From the NCBI RefSeq assembly GCF_009914755.1, contig NC_060925.1: DNA of 64,000 nucleotides, one strand, 5' to 3'. Shown here piece by piece: positions 12,568 to 25,619 of this stretch; position 1 is the first letter of the stretch, and each line of letters starts with the position of its first letter. The stretch comes from the human T2T-CHM13v2.0 reference genome, Homo sapiens. A program made the position numbers and the translations under genes. A model generated the notes under the pieces. That model saw only the letters and a program-made list of their open reading frames with translations, had not been told where the DNA came from and did not search any database.

Positions 12568-15369
12568 TGAGAAAAGTGGGGACTCAGTGCTACAGCCTGT
12601 GAAAGATGCATCTTCTGTTATCTAGTCTCAACTCATTCAGCCCAACACTCGCTCTGATTGTAGAAGTCATAAAGCTAATTTCAATTCAGAATAGAGCATA
12701 TGATCATATTTGATCGCAGATACACACTCCAGGAGTGAAAGTTCTCTAATGCTATGTCTTAAAGACATGGTGCCTAAGGGGCTGGGGTTGTTTTAACCCC
12801 AGGAGGGAAATGTTATAAACCCAGTTTGCAAAGATTTAAAGAATATCAAGAAGTATGTGGGTCATCTAGGTAGAAGTAATATCAATAGAGCTGGCAAAAA
12901 TGCACTTCTCAGTACATTTTAAAGGTTGCCTCTAGGCCCAAACATTTCTTAATCTCTCTTGGAAGAATACTGGCGGCAAGTGACCAAAAGGCTGTGGTTT
13001 CAGAACTTAACTGTAAAACTGCTGAGTTTATTGATACATAGCTGGTTCAGGATAAATTTTATCTATCTACCTATTTATTTATGTTTAATATATAATATAT
13101 TTATATGTATTATATATTTTTTCAACTTTGTGGTATAATGAATTATGTGTAATGTCTGAGCTCATATCGCATACCACTGAGGGCAAGTAGCAATTTCCAT
13201 AAAGTGACAGATAAGCGGTTTTAGGGGGAAAAATGCTGCCAAGGATGATTCATTTGAAATCAGCCTTGACAGTTTTCCTGCTGATGAGGCTGATGGAAGG
13301 ACTAGAACAAAGGTTAAATTCTTTACTTCTAGGAAACTGTGCTCTGTGTTTAAGGCTTGGTCCTCTGAGCTCTGCTAGTCCATCAAGACTAGCATGTGGA
13401 TACAAGATCTACAGTCAGACTAACCATGTAGAGCTTTTGATAGAAAAAGGAATTTCTCCACAGTTCTACAAACAGTGCAATTGATAATGCATGTCAATTT
13501 AATGATGTAAACTGTAAATGTAAATTCCACATTAATCCCTAAAAATAATGGTTTAACAATCATTATCACCATCTCGCTCAGTAACCCTATCACCAGAACC
13601 ACCAAAATGTAGAAGTTGGCTGATTTGACCTCCTGTATGCCTTTTCAGCCTCTTTCTGGAAACATACAGGCTGAAACATAGCTCTAGAGCAAAAGCAGGT
13701 GAGCAATTTAAGGGACACATGTACTCTGAGTCATTGGAAGTTGGCTATTTTGAACATTTCATCAACTGCTTTCACATAATACTAAACCCTTCTTAGTAAC
13801 TAATACAGGTTACTGTGTGCTATGGATAGCATACCTGAGCTTCAGTAACTTTATTTTTTGATGTTAAACTCACATTACATCAGCATGCTATAGATTCCCA
13901 TCTTCATCACACTAAAATAATTATTGCCTGTTTAATATCACATAATGCTGTGCGGGTGCCACAGAAAATAAGGATACTCAGGTCCTGCCTTTTGGGACCT
14001 AACAATTTTCTACAGATAATGACAATGACAACACAGAGAGACACATAAGTCATATGATAAACAATTGCATGAACTAGGTAAAGCATCATATTAAGAACAA
14101 ATAAAAGAGTTAGCTTAGGTAGTTTTTTTTTAAATGAGTAAAGAGGCAATTATAGAAGCAAACCACAGGAGAATCACTGGCTTTTAAATGAGCTTAATTA
14201 ATTATTTAATTAAGACAGTGTTTCCTGGAGGAGGACAAATCCAGAAATTTTGCAGATTTGGTAACTGCAGAATAACTAAAATCCTAGCATGGGAAAAATA
14301 TTCCAGGACTCCTATCATTTTTATCCCCAAACTTTACAAGAAATGGCATCAGAACTAAAGTCCTGCAAATTTTGTTGGATTTACGTTTTGCCTTCAGCCA
14401 CATGTCAGTAAGATCAGATGTGCTATTTATATTGTGATTAGTGCCAGGATTTTGCTCAAATGTATACTGAACTCAGGCTTGTGACTATGCTCATTACTAT
14501 AGAAAATGAGCACTAACACATTATATCAATGGACGCATTTAAACAGCATCCGTAGGACAATTAAAGTCAATGGACTCTGAAAGCAAACTATTATGAAGCC
14601 ATGTTTATGCAAGCATGTCTAAATAGGTGGGGTTCAAGCATTTATTTTGTCTGTTTTGTTCAGAGTGAAGTGAATTAACAAAAGATGGGCTTATCTCTGA
14701 AGTCTGCCTCACTAGTGGCCTATTGACACAACTGAAGCCCACCAAAATCAACCCCTTTAGCTTGGGAAGTGAACTATTTTGGCTAGAAACTGTTAGATTT
14801 TTCTGGAAATTTCACACTTTAAAAGAAAATCTTTGAGAAAGACACATGAGAAAGACATCTAACTACAAAGTGGTTGAGTTTGCCCTGCTGTCACTCTTGC
14901 TCTCTTGCAAGCAAATGCGTATCTGAGGTTTGAGCTGAAAACTCACTTCTGTGGGGTGATTTTCATAGATATGGAACTTACTATCACAATGCCTAAGAAA
15001 TGTGGTTTTCAGGAGATAAGGATGAAAATCCACTGGATTGCAAGCTGTCATCTATGCTTTAGAATATGAGAAGTAAAATGCTGTTAAACAGAGGAGATCT
15101 TCAAAGAGCTACCTTAGTATGGGAATGCTCACCAGAGTTTTCAAACCACAGACACACAAATCTGCAAAAGTGAAAGCCTTCCAAAAAATCAAAAGGCTCA
15201 GGGAGAATTGTTCTGACAGAATTCAGCTCTTACAAGTCAATCTGAGGCTGAATTATACTCTTAAAATGCAGAGTTAGAATCCTCCTGCAAGGCACTTTTC
15301 CTAAGCCTTGGGTAGGATTTTATTATAGGGTACTACAATGTTCTGTCTTTAAAACTTCAGCTAGACTAC

Positions 15370-15830
15370 ATATTTATTCAGTCATTCAGCCATCAAATGC
15401 TTACTGGATGCCAGCATTGGAGATGCAAAATGAATATGCTATGGCCCCTGAACTTCTCGAGTCTGATAGAAAGGACAAGCACATAGAGAATCTCAATGGT
15501 GTGCAATAAATACAGGGTGATATTAGAAAAGGAACACTCACTTTAATTTGGAAAAGCATCATCAAAAGGAAGAAATAGAAGGGTAGTCCAGGCAATGAAA
15601 ATGGCATTTAAAAAGGCATGGAGGTAGAGAAAGGAAAGCACTTTGGGGTCATGGCAAAACAGCTCAAAATGAGCAGATGTGGGTAGAGAGATAGGCTGAA
15701 GCCTGATGACCAGAGTCTTTGAATATCATATTTTGAATTTTGGATTTTACCCTGAAACTAATAGAGAAGAATTCTTTGATAGATATTAAACAGAAATAAA
15801 ATGATCAGAACTACAGAAGGACAATGTTCT
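15370..15830 (-). mobile_element. L2 relic
   Basis: 'tttattcagtcattcagccatcaaatgcttactggatgccagc', 'tttggattttaccctg'. Confidence 0.6.
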
Positions 15831-16714
15831 GGGGCAGTATGATATAGTGTCCGTAAAACAATTGGATGTTTAATTCGCCAAAGTAGGTTGTGAGAAAAGT
15901 TACATTTGTGTTCTTGGAAGAGAAATTAACCCTCTTCAAATGGATGACTGGATCCTTTTCTCAGTAGTTGCTCTCCTTGTACTTAGGACTTCCAACCAAG
16001 GGAAGTTGAAGGAGAAGGTGTCACTCTCAGGCACCATCTGAGCATTATTGAGAGTACTTGAGAACTTGTGGCTATCACCTTTCAATTGAATACATGTCAT
16101 GTGGGCACTTCCAGCTCTGCTGGCAGTAGCCAACGCAGATCCAAGAAAAGGGCAGTAACAATAAGAATTGCCTACACTGTCATGGGAGTTATTAAAGAGC
16201 TGACTGGGAAAGTTATTTAATACATCTGCTCCTATTCTTTCATCTTGTTCAAATTGTGCCTGCATCAAATGTAAACTTCTGCTTTAGTTATTCTGCTAGT
16301 CAGCCATCTTCTTTCAACATAATCAGTATTTTTCTTCTTTGAATATAATCTTATTTTTCCAAATGAAATGTTTTTGTTATTAAATGTTTTTGTTTTATTA
16401 CTTTAAAAAAGTAAATTTTATTTATTTAATTCCTTGAACTGGTAGCACATTCACATAGTTCAAGCATCAAAAAGTATAAAAAGATATACAGCAATGTCTC
16501 CTTTCCTCCCTTATTCTCTATCTGCCTATCTCCACAAAACAGGTAACCAATATTATCAGTTTCTCATTTACACTTCCCAAGATTTAAAAAACATATATGC
16601 AAGCCAGTACAAGTATATTTTCTCTTCTTTTTTTAACTCCCATTGCAGTACACATTGGCACTTTGCAGTACACATTGGCACTCTTTTCTCCCCTACTTAA
16701 AAATAAATCTTGGA

Positions 16715-17010
16715 GGCTAGATGCAGTGGTTTACACCTATGATCCCAGCACTTTGGGAAGCTGAGGCAAGCAGATCACTGGAGGTCAGGAGTTCGAGACC
16801 AGCCTGACCAACATGGTGAAACCCCGTCTCTACTAAAAATACAAAAAATTAGCCAGGTGTGGTGGTGCACACCTGTAATCCCAGCTACTCAGGAGGCTGA
16901 GGCAGGCAAATCACTTGAACCCAGAGGCAGAGGTTGCAGTGAGCTGAGATCGCACCACTGGACTCCAGCCTGGGTGACAGAACAAGACTCTGTCTCAAAA
17001 TAATAATAAT
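16715..17010 (+). mobile_element. AluSx-like
   Basis: Full dimer with (TAA)n tail; TSD aataaatcttgga / aataaatattgga. Confidence 0.95.
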
Positions 17011-17026
17011 AATAAATATTGGAGAT

Positions 17027-17407
17027 TGTATTAGTCAGCTCAGACTGCCATAACAAAATACTATAGATTGGGTGGCTTAAACAATGGAAATTAATTTTCT
17101 TACAGTTCTGGAGGCTGAAAGTCCAAGATCAGGGCACCAGCATGGTCAGATTCTGGTGAGGGCTCTCTTCCTGGTTTTCAGATGGCTTTCTTCTCACTAT
17201 GTCCTAACATGCAGATAGAGAACCAGCAAGCTTTCTGGCATCGAATCTTATAAAGGCACTAATCACATCATGAGAGTCCCACCCTCATAACCTCATCTAA
17301 CCCCAGTTACATCCCAAAGGCCTCATCTCCAAATATCATCATCATATTGAGGGTTAGGACTTAAACACATGAGTTTTGAGGGAGACATGAACATTCATTT
17401 CTTAATA
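17027..17407 (-). mobile_element. MLT1A-like solo LTR
   Basis: 'tgtattagtcagctcagactgccataacaaaatactatagattgggtggcttaaacaa...'; 5-bp TSD gagat (17022-17026, 17408-17412). Confidence 0.85.
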
Positions 17408-18129
17408 GAGATCTTTCCATATAGACATATAAAGAGCTTCCCTATTCTTTTTTACAGTTGCACAGTATACTACTGTGGCATCAAATACCCTTAATGTCAA
17501 AACTGGGAAAACTGAAGCTGTCCTTAATCATTTTTTTGCTAATAGGATCTGCAGAAACAAAGTTAGAGAGCTAGAGTCCTAGAGACTGAAAGGTGATGTT
17601 TCTGATGAGGTTAGACATAAACTGGAATTATATTCTGATGACTGGTGAAAAAGTATTAAAAGTCAGGCAACATGTTCAGTGTATATTCATTAGCATGTCA
17701 TTAGATCCTCAAAATTTCAGCATTCTGAATCAAATACGGTTGAATTTTCTAATATGAAGATGGTGACTGCATTTGAAAATGCAAATTAATAGACATACGC
17801 TATGAAATGTATTTTTGTCATGTCACTACTTATAAACAATAGTCAACTTGCACCCAGCTGTTACTTACCAGGCATGTTATACAGGCCATTCTAGCCATTC
17901 TAAACATGTTTAGTGGAAGTTCTGAGAAAATGTTAGCACAGAAGATTTAGTGGTCTTTGTGAATAAAGTTAAAATGGTTATTCAGACCAGAAAAGGGAAA
18001 GAACTAAGGAACAAAGAAGGGAAAAACAGTATGACCACAAAATACGTTTGGATAACCCTACTGAAAGCAAAAATAATAGGGTGTGTGCTATTCCAGCAGC
18101 CTGAACTATCACTACCTGAAGGAAGAGAA

Positions 18130-18700
18130 GGCAGAGACAGAGTAAATGTCTGTAAAATATGGCTGAAATTAGATTCAGGGATAAGGAGGGAAAAATCAAT
18201 CATGGAATTAGGGTTTCAAGCCTAGGTGACTCAGTAAAAGAGTAACACTGTTGGCTGAGATAAGGTGGAAGATATTTGGAGTGGGGTAAGAGTTTATTTT
18301 ACTATACATTTTCTTTGGGGGCTAGTGGGACATCTAGGTTAAAATTATCAGCAGGCAATTAACAGAGGTTGAAGAAAAGAATTTGTTGGTGGTTTCAAGG
18401 AGTATTTATGAGAATCAGAGAGAGAGGGAGAGAAGGAAGGACAGAATGATAGAGACCACCCACATTTAGAGATAGAAGGGAAAAGATGGACATTGAAGGA
18501 AAGAGGAATGGTTAAAGGGAGAGGAGGCAAATCAAGGTAATGAGGTTACAAAAACCAAGGAAGGAGGATGTAGTTAACTGTGTCAAATACTGGAAGATAA
18601 AGTTATGAACCCCTAACATAGTATTTTAGGAGACAGAATCAGATTTTAAGACATTAGGTAATGAGTTGAACAGTGATATAGTAAAATTAAAAAATATTTT
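18130..18700 (-). mobile_element. L2 relic
   Basis: Purine-rich 'agtgggacatctaggttaaaattatcagcaggcaatt', 'aaccaaggaaggag...gttaactgtgtcaaatactg'. Confidence 0.55.
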
Positions 18701-19799
18701 ATATTGATGGTTTTTTGAAATGATCACGGAGGGAAGAAGAAAGACAGGATTATGATATTATTCCATATTTATATTCTACTTCAGAGTAACAGAGCACTTT
18801 CCCAAATATGATCTCATTTGATACTGTTTCAAGAGGTAGGCTTGTGGTGGATAAGTGGAGAAAGATGCAATGAAGAGAGATAGTTGAAAATGCAAATAGA
18901 AGATGAAGGAATGAATGAAGTTAGTTTTCTAAGGAGGTAGACTAGGGAAGAATTTAGTGCTGGAAAAGACTAGGAATACCTCTAATTTTGAGACAGAAAA
19001 GAAGAAAAAGTGAGTTCATGAAAATATAGGAACAATTTGAGGTAAAAATAGTTTAGAAAGATTCATGACTAAAAGACCTGAAAGTAATCAAGGTAACCTT
19101 GAATTGAGGGCTGAACTGACAGGAGAAATGTGAAATGAGTGGGAAAATAATGATGTTGGCATAAAAAGTCAAAACACTGACTCTTCACCCAGTCACAAGC
19201 TCTCCGTATCTCTAACACAGTATGATAGTTCTCCCACTAATGTAATGATGAGTGGTCATTGAACCACTGGAGACAAGGGCAAACAGTTCAATGTCTTAAA
19301 TAAACCCAGCAAAGCCATTAAGCAAAGTTCATTCACTATACAATCCAATTTATAAGTCTGCTTTGAGTACCACTCCCCCAAGCCCATGCTACAGGAAGGA
19401 AAAGCATTAAGCAATCTGTTAAAATAATGCTTTCCAACAGGACAAGACAGCCTGCAATTTTTCAACCAACAGGGATGTTAGTCTGTGGTCCAGCCTCTAG
19501 ACACTCTCTTTAGAAAGTTCTGCTTTCTCTAAGATAATGCCCAAATGTTTATAACTTCCTTCTTTAAATAGTATGCATATTAAGAAATAAATTTAAGTCT
19601 GTAGTCTATGAGATAACACAAGTGGGGGACAAAATTATGATAGGCCTCCCTTCCTGGCTGGGCAGTCCATGTGACATGTCTGCTCAGGGCTCATGGCATC
19701 TCAGCCAGACATTCTGAGATTCTGGCCTCTTGGCTCCTTGAGCCAACTCTACCATTAAAATATTAATTTCTCTATTATAACTCATTGAAGGTGAAGGTT

Positions 19800-20510
<711 letters not shown>

Positions 20511-20759
20511 CCAACTTGTACATAGAATGTCTTATACTTACAAGGTGCCCAATAAACATATATTGGTTATCTGGTTGGTTTGATGTCAGTGTTTTTTCTG
20601 TATCTTTTGCTTGTGTACTTTGTACTCTATACCATCATTCTCAATAAGGCTTGTTCAAAACAAAGTCTGCAGTTTGCCTGTAATAACTAGGTGCCCTAAC
20701 CCCCTATACTGGCATGAGGAATATGTCTGTGTTTCAGTTTCCTAATTTATAAAATATGG

Positions 20760-20980
20760 CAAATAATAATAGCAGCTACTTATTTAGTATCTACTAAATT
20801 TCAGGTGCTGGTCTAACACTTAACATACATTATCCTAATTCTTATGGCAACTTTATGAGACATGCATAATGATCCTCATTTTATGGATGAGGAAGCTGAG
20901 ATGCAAATGAGGTTAAATGAAGTGACCAAAATAATACAGCTTGACTGGCAGAATTCAGATTCATACTCAGGCTTGTCTGA
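20760..20980 (-). mobile_element. MIR
   Basis: 'cctcattttatggatgaggaagctgag...gaggttaaatgaagtgacc'. Confidence 0.7.
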
Positions 20981-21792
20981 GTCTGTGTTCTTTTGAATGT
21001 CCTATGATGTCCTACTTATTCAAAAAGCTTTTGTGTGTGTAATAAGATAATGCAGGTAAAATTGCTCTAAAAATAGAAAATGTTCAGAAATCATTCTCTA
21101 ATTAACAATAAAAAAATGCAAAAATGGACTCAAATATTAACAAGGAAGACTTAGGTTAAGTGGAACATTGTGACTACCCAAATTGCAGCATTAGAAACAG
21201 TAATAGAAAAAAATAAATGCAGAATCTCATATAAATGTGAAATTTTATGAAGAGGGAAAGTGCAGCCAAGATTCTGTTCCATTTCTGAAATCTCAGTAAA
21301 ACTCGAAAGGACATAGATAAGCATTGCTAAGCTAGGGAGAACTAGATCTCACTTCTCATTTTCCTCATTGGACCATTGATATCAGCACGTGGAATTTCCT
21401 TTGTGATCCTGTTGATGGACAGCATTTATAAAATAATGAACATTCTGATTTATAGATCTGAATGGCAATATCAGTAATGTTTAAAATGAACAAACATATA
21501 TACTTACACTGTCTATGTAGCATTAAGATATATATAAACCTAATTTTTGTATAAGTTTAACGGAAAGAAATGTAAGGCCAAGTCTATGTGTTAAATGACA
21601 TTTTGTAGTAAAACCCTTATGTTTTTCAGCTTGTAATTACTCTCAAACAATGTCAAGGGAACCAACCACATTATGAACTGTCTATGTCCATTTTCTTCAT
21701 TAGACTATGAGTGCTTTGGGTACAGAAACTGTGCCCTACATATCTTCTTACCCCTAGAATCTAGCATAGATAAAACTTGGCATATGTCACGA

Positions 21793-22073
21793 AGGGTTGC
21801 ATTATCATTTTATGGGTCCTGGAAACTTTTGCCTTCATGGGCCCCTTCCTTCATTAAAAAATATTTAAAATTATATTTTATGATCATCCTGGTATGAAAA
21901 TGAATATATTAATATTATATATACTTTCTTTGACCTAAAATTTTATCTTTTTCTTCTGATTTTAAAATAAAAAAATTTGTTTTCTTCTGATTTTAAAAGA
22001 CTGTTTTTATAGGCCTCTAAAAGTATTGTGGGCCCCAGGTGCTATGCCTACCTTGCTTAGGGATAAGTCAGTC
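21793..22073 (-). mobile_element. hAT-Tip100 MITE (ORSL-like)
   Basis: 'cttttgccttcatgggccccttcct', 'taaaagtattgtgggccccaggtgctatgcctac...ggataagtcag' match the remembered ORSL consensus in reverse. Confidence 0.7.
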
Positions 22074-23855
22074 AAATCCTATGTGTTAAATATATTTTTG
22101 TTAACTGAATGAAATGAATAAATGACTTAAAGTTAAGTTGGTGGTAGTGATTCTTAAAGCTTCTATTTTGGAGTGACTTTCAGCTTAAAAAATTTTTCAA
22201 AAGCAAATAATTAATAAAATCACCACAACATACTAATATTCATTTAATCTGAAGCCAACTATTGAAGTTTAGTACTGTAAACAAAATTAAAACCCAAGGG
22301 CAGTGTAGAAGGCTGTCAAAGTGGCAAAATAAATATTTTAAAATAATATCAGAGGTTGCTCCAATATTGAACAAACATTGCACACCTCTTAAATAGAGAA
22401 ATTTAAATATTTTCTTTTTAAAATTCTGACATTCCAAAAGAGTCAGTTCAGAAGGTAGATACTTTAAAAAATGTGGGCTTATACTTGGAGCCACATGGTT
22501 ATTGACTAGAATTTAGTTAAGCATGTGCCTGGAACGCTAGACCTGCTGCCTTTCACAACATTGCTTTTGGAACTCAGCATCTCTCCACTGTTGCTTCCAG
22601 AGACAGCTTTTTAAAATGGAAAATTGATTGATGAAATCTTAGGCATGAATACATGCCAACGCATCTAATAAATTAAAATACTGTCATTTTATAAGAAAGG
22701 TTTATTGGCTAACTGTGTATTTCTAGTAATTCAAAGTCTAGTGTTTAATTTACATAATGAAATGCAGAAATCAATTACTTGGTCAGTAGTAAGGTGAAAC
22801 TGATGTTCAAAAGTATGTTTTGGGATGCAACCAGGCTGGCTTATCCACTGACTTAAAATGTAGAAGGTCATATCTGAGCAGTTTTTTCCCCCTTCTGAAT
22901 GTATTGAACAATGTCCAGAATATGAGGAAGCATCTTTGCATTGTCTGGATAGGGTTGTGTGCAGATTAATATCTGGATAATAATTCAGATTTGCCCTTCC
23001 AAAAAGGATATCACACATATAAAGTAGTGCTAGTATTTATAGGATGGGCATTTACCAGAACAGCTCTTAAAGGCTACATAATAAAATTGCATTAAGGCTG
23101 CCTAACTTAATTAAACATAGCTACTGAAATGAATTCAGCTAATGGATTCTGCTTCCCCAAAGAGTACTCTCTCTTAATAATAATTTTAAAAGCAAAAACA
23201 TGTTTTTCCTCCTCTTTTTCATAATATGTAGCCACCTGACCAAGAGTAGTGTTGGGAGAGAGACTGTCCCTACCACCCAGGAGACAGCAGGAGGGAGAGG
23301 TCATCTAGTGATCACACTCCTGCTTCTCCTCTCCAAGGGCAAAGGGCTGCCTCAGCAGCTGTCACATCCTGCTGCCCTTTGAAACAGAAAACCAGTCTAG
23401 AGTTTCACACTTATCTCCTGCTTTGCATTACCAAATTGGCAGTCTTGCTAGACCCTAGTAATTGCCTTTCATAGATGAAGGAAGTGAACGCTCTAGGGAA
23501 TGGTGAATGGGGAGGGCATTTGTGTTTGGGAAGGGGCAGTACCTGGTTCAGCTGTCTGCCATCCATCAGATGGTTCTGCAGATGAAACAAGCACAGAGGA
23601 GGAAGAGAACACACAAGGTCACTTGGTCTATCTCAGGCAGGCAGGCAGAATCATATCTTTGTGCACAGTGAACCATAGAGTCTTGTGAGGAGATTGCTAG
23701 TCATACAAAGGCACATCATGAAGGACTTCAAAGATTCCCATTGTGGACTCACAAATCACAGTTACTCAACTCACCTTCTAGTCAGACTAGCCCCTGTTTT
23801 CCCACATTTCCCATACAATGTCCTGCTTTTGCCATCTTACTGCTCATTAGCAGTT

Positions 23856-23869
23856 CCAGCAGAGGGCAG
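23856..23869 (+). promoter_or_regulatory. Candidate CTCF site
   Basis: CCAGCAGAGGGCAG matches CCASYAGRKGGCRS at every position and lies in unique sequence. Confidence 0.5.
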
Positions 23870-25556
23870 GCGGGGGAAAGGAGAGGAGTTGTATATTATA
23901 GCCAAATATGTCTTCTGAACGTGTTAAGGCAAATTTTCTGGATTACTTAGAGCAACAGATGTCTTTCTGTCCAATTTTTTTTTTTTTTTACTGTCTATCT
24001 GTCTGTATAGGTATTTCTAGTTTTCAGGGTCTCCTCTTTCAAGGAATTTACAATCTGGCTTGGGAAAGCAAAATGAAGACACATGAAATAATGAGAAAGC
24101 CATGCCATAAAGCCATCCCTGTTATTCCAAGCAAAGTCATGGGTTTGAAGAGAAGAAAGAGAGGTCTTCATGCACTGAAGTTGGTGATAGCATTTGTACA
24201 TTAAAAATATAAATTGAAGTCAACAATTAGTGCAGAGAAGTGAGACTCAGCAAATGGGCAGATGTAATTGTTGAAAATTCTGTAAACAGGCTTGGGTAAC
24301 AGTCCCATAGAGAGGACTTGTAGGCATCCAGTGAGAATGTGGTTTTTGTAGGACAAAGGTCTCACTGGATCTCAGTACCAAGCCTTTGCCATGATCAGCT
24401 GGAATGAAGGCGCTGGGACACTGAAGCTTGGTTGGCATTCCGGGAGGAAAAATATTCAGTATCTTTCCATATCATTCATTAAGGTCTGTGTGACAATGTC
24501 ATGAGCAATTCACTACTGGGAGGTCTTCATCAGATAAACAGGGCTGCAAAATTCATGGCCAAGGAATGTGGACTGGAGAGACACTCCCAGCCACAGCTGC
24601 TACCTGAACACCCAGAGCTGGCTGGGAACCAAGGAGACATGCTGAAACCAGGAGCCTCAGCGACGAGTGGCAACGTTACAGACGCTTAATCCTGAAATGA
24701 AAAGTAATTGCTTCTGGCTTAAAGAATAAAGGAAAAACAAGATCAGCCTTGGCTGGATTACATTTTTTTAAAATACAACCACGCTAAAGACCGGGTTCTG
24801 CTACTTGCTTGGTGTTTGAAAATGTGAGGAAATGGATGTTTTCTGTCAATGTAATTTAAATCTATCCAGGAGTATTGACATATAAGAACACTTGAATGCA
24901 AGTACATTTTGATGAATATAATTAAATCAAATGTGTTTACTTTTAGCTGTAAAGGAGGACATCTAAAATTTAACTTACCTAATATAAATTTAGAAGGTCT
25001 TTCTTGAAAATAGCTCTTGCTTTGTATTTTGAAGCATTTCCTACTGAAAAGTCTTGGCCAAAGTTACCAGAGCTCCTTTTCCATACAGATGAAACTGCAA
25101 ATGGAGAAATATGGAAGCAGAGAGAGGGGAAAGGCATTTTAATACCTCTAATATATTTCTGTGATGAAATAGTCTTCTCTAGAGAGAAGAGAATTCATGA
25201 AAATTCACTAAGGAAGAGCTGCAAGTTTGTTATTGTTAGAATAATAGAAAGATGACTTTAACTCACAACTGAGTAAGTAATATTTGTGTTCTTACTTGTT
25301 TACCCCTCAAGACCTACAGAATGGCAAATGTCAGGAGATGTTCTGTACATAGAGTCGGTATTTTCCTTGAAAGCAAGAGAGCAATGACACAGAGTAAAAA
25401 CAAAGTAAGAATAAGAGGAAAACAAATCTTTCCTTTCCAGTTCCAATTTTTAAGTTATATGTATTAATTTAAGATATTTGTAGCAGACTCACAATGATGT
25501 ACAGCAAATTAATTGAATTATATCTTGTATCCTAGAACTGAAGCTGCTTTGTTTCC

Positions 25557-25619
25557 TGTTTGGTTGAGTCATATGAAATTGTCTACACAAATAGCAATTT
25601 CATATAATTTAACCTAATA
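25557..25619. mobile_element. MADE2 mariner MITE (hairpin)
   Basis: 'tggttgagtcatatgaaattg...caatttcatataatttaacctaata' inverted termini. Confidence 0.75.

Larger units (their letters stand above)
16400..17480 (-). mobile_element. L1ME-like fragment split by an Alu and an MLT1A
   Basis: 'aataaatcttggagat' joins 'ctttccatatagacatataaagagcttccctattcttttttacagttgcacagtat' once both inserts are removed. Confidence 0.6.
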
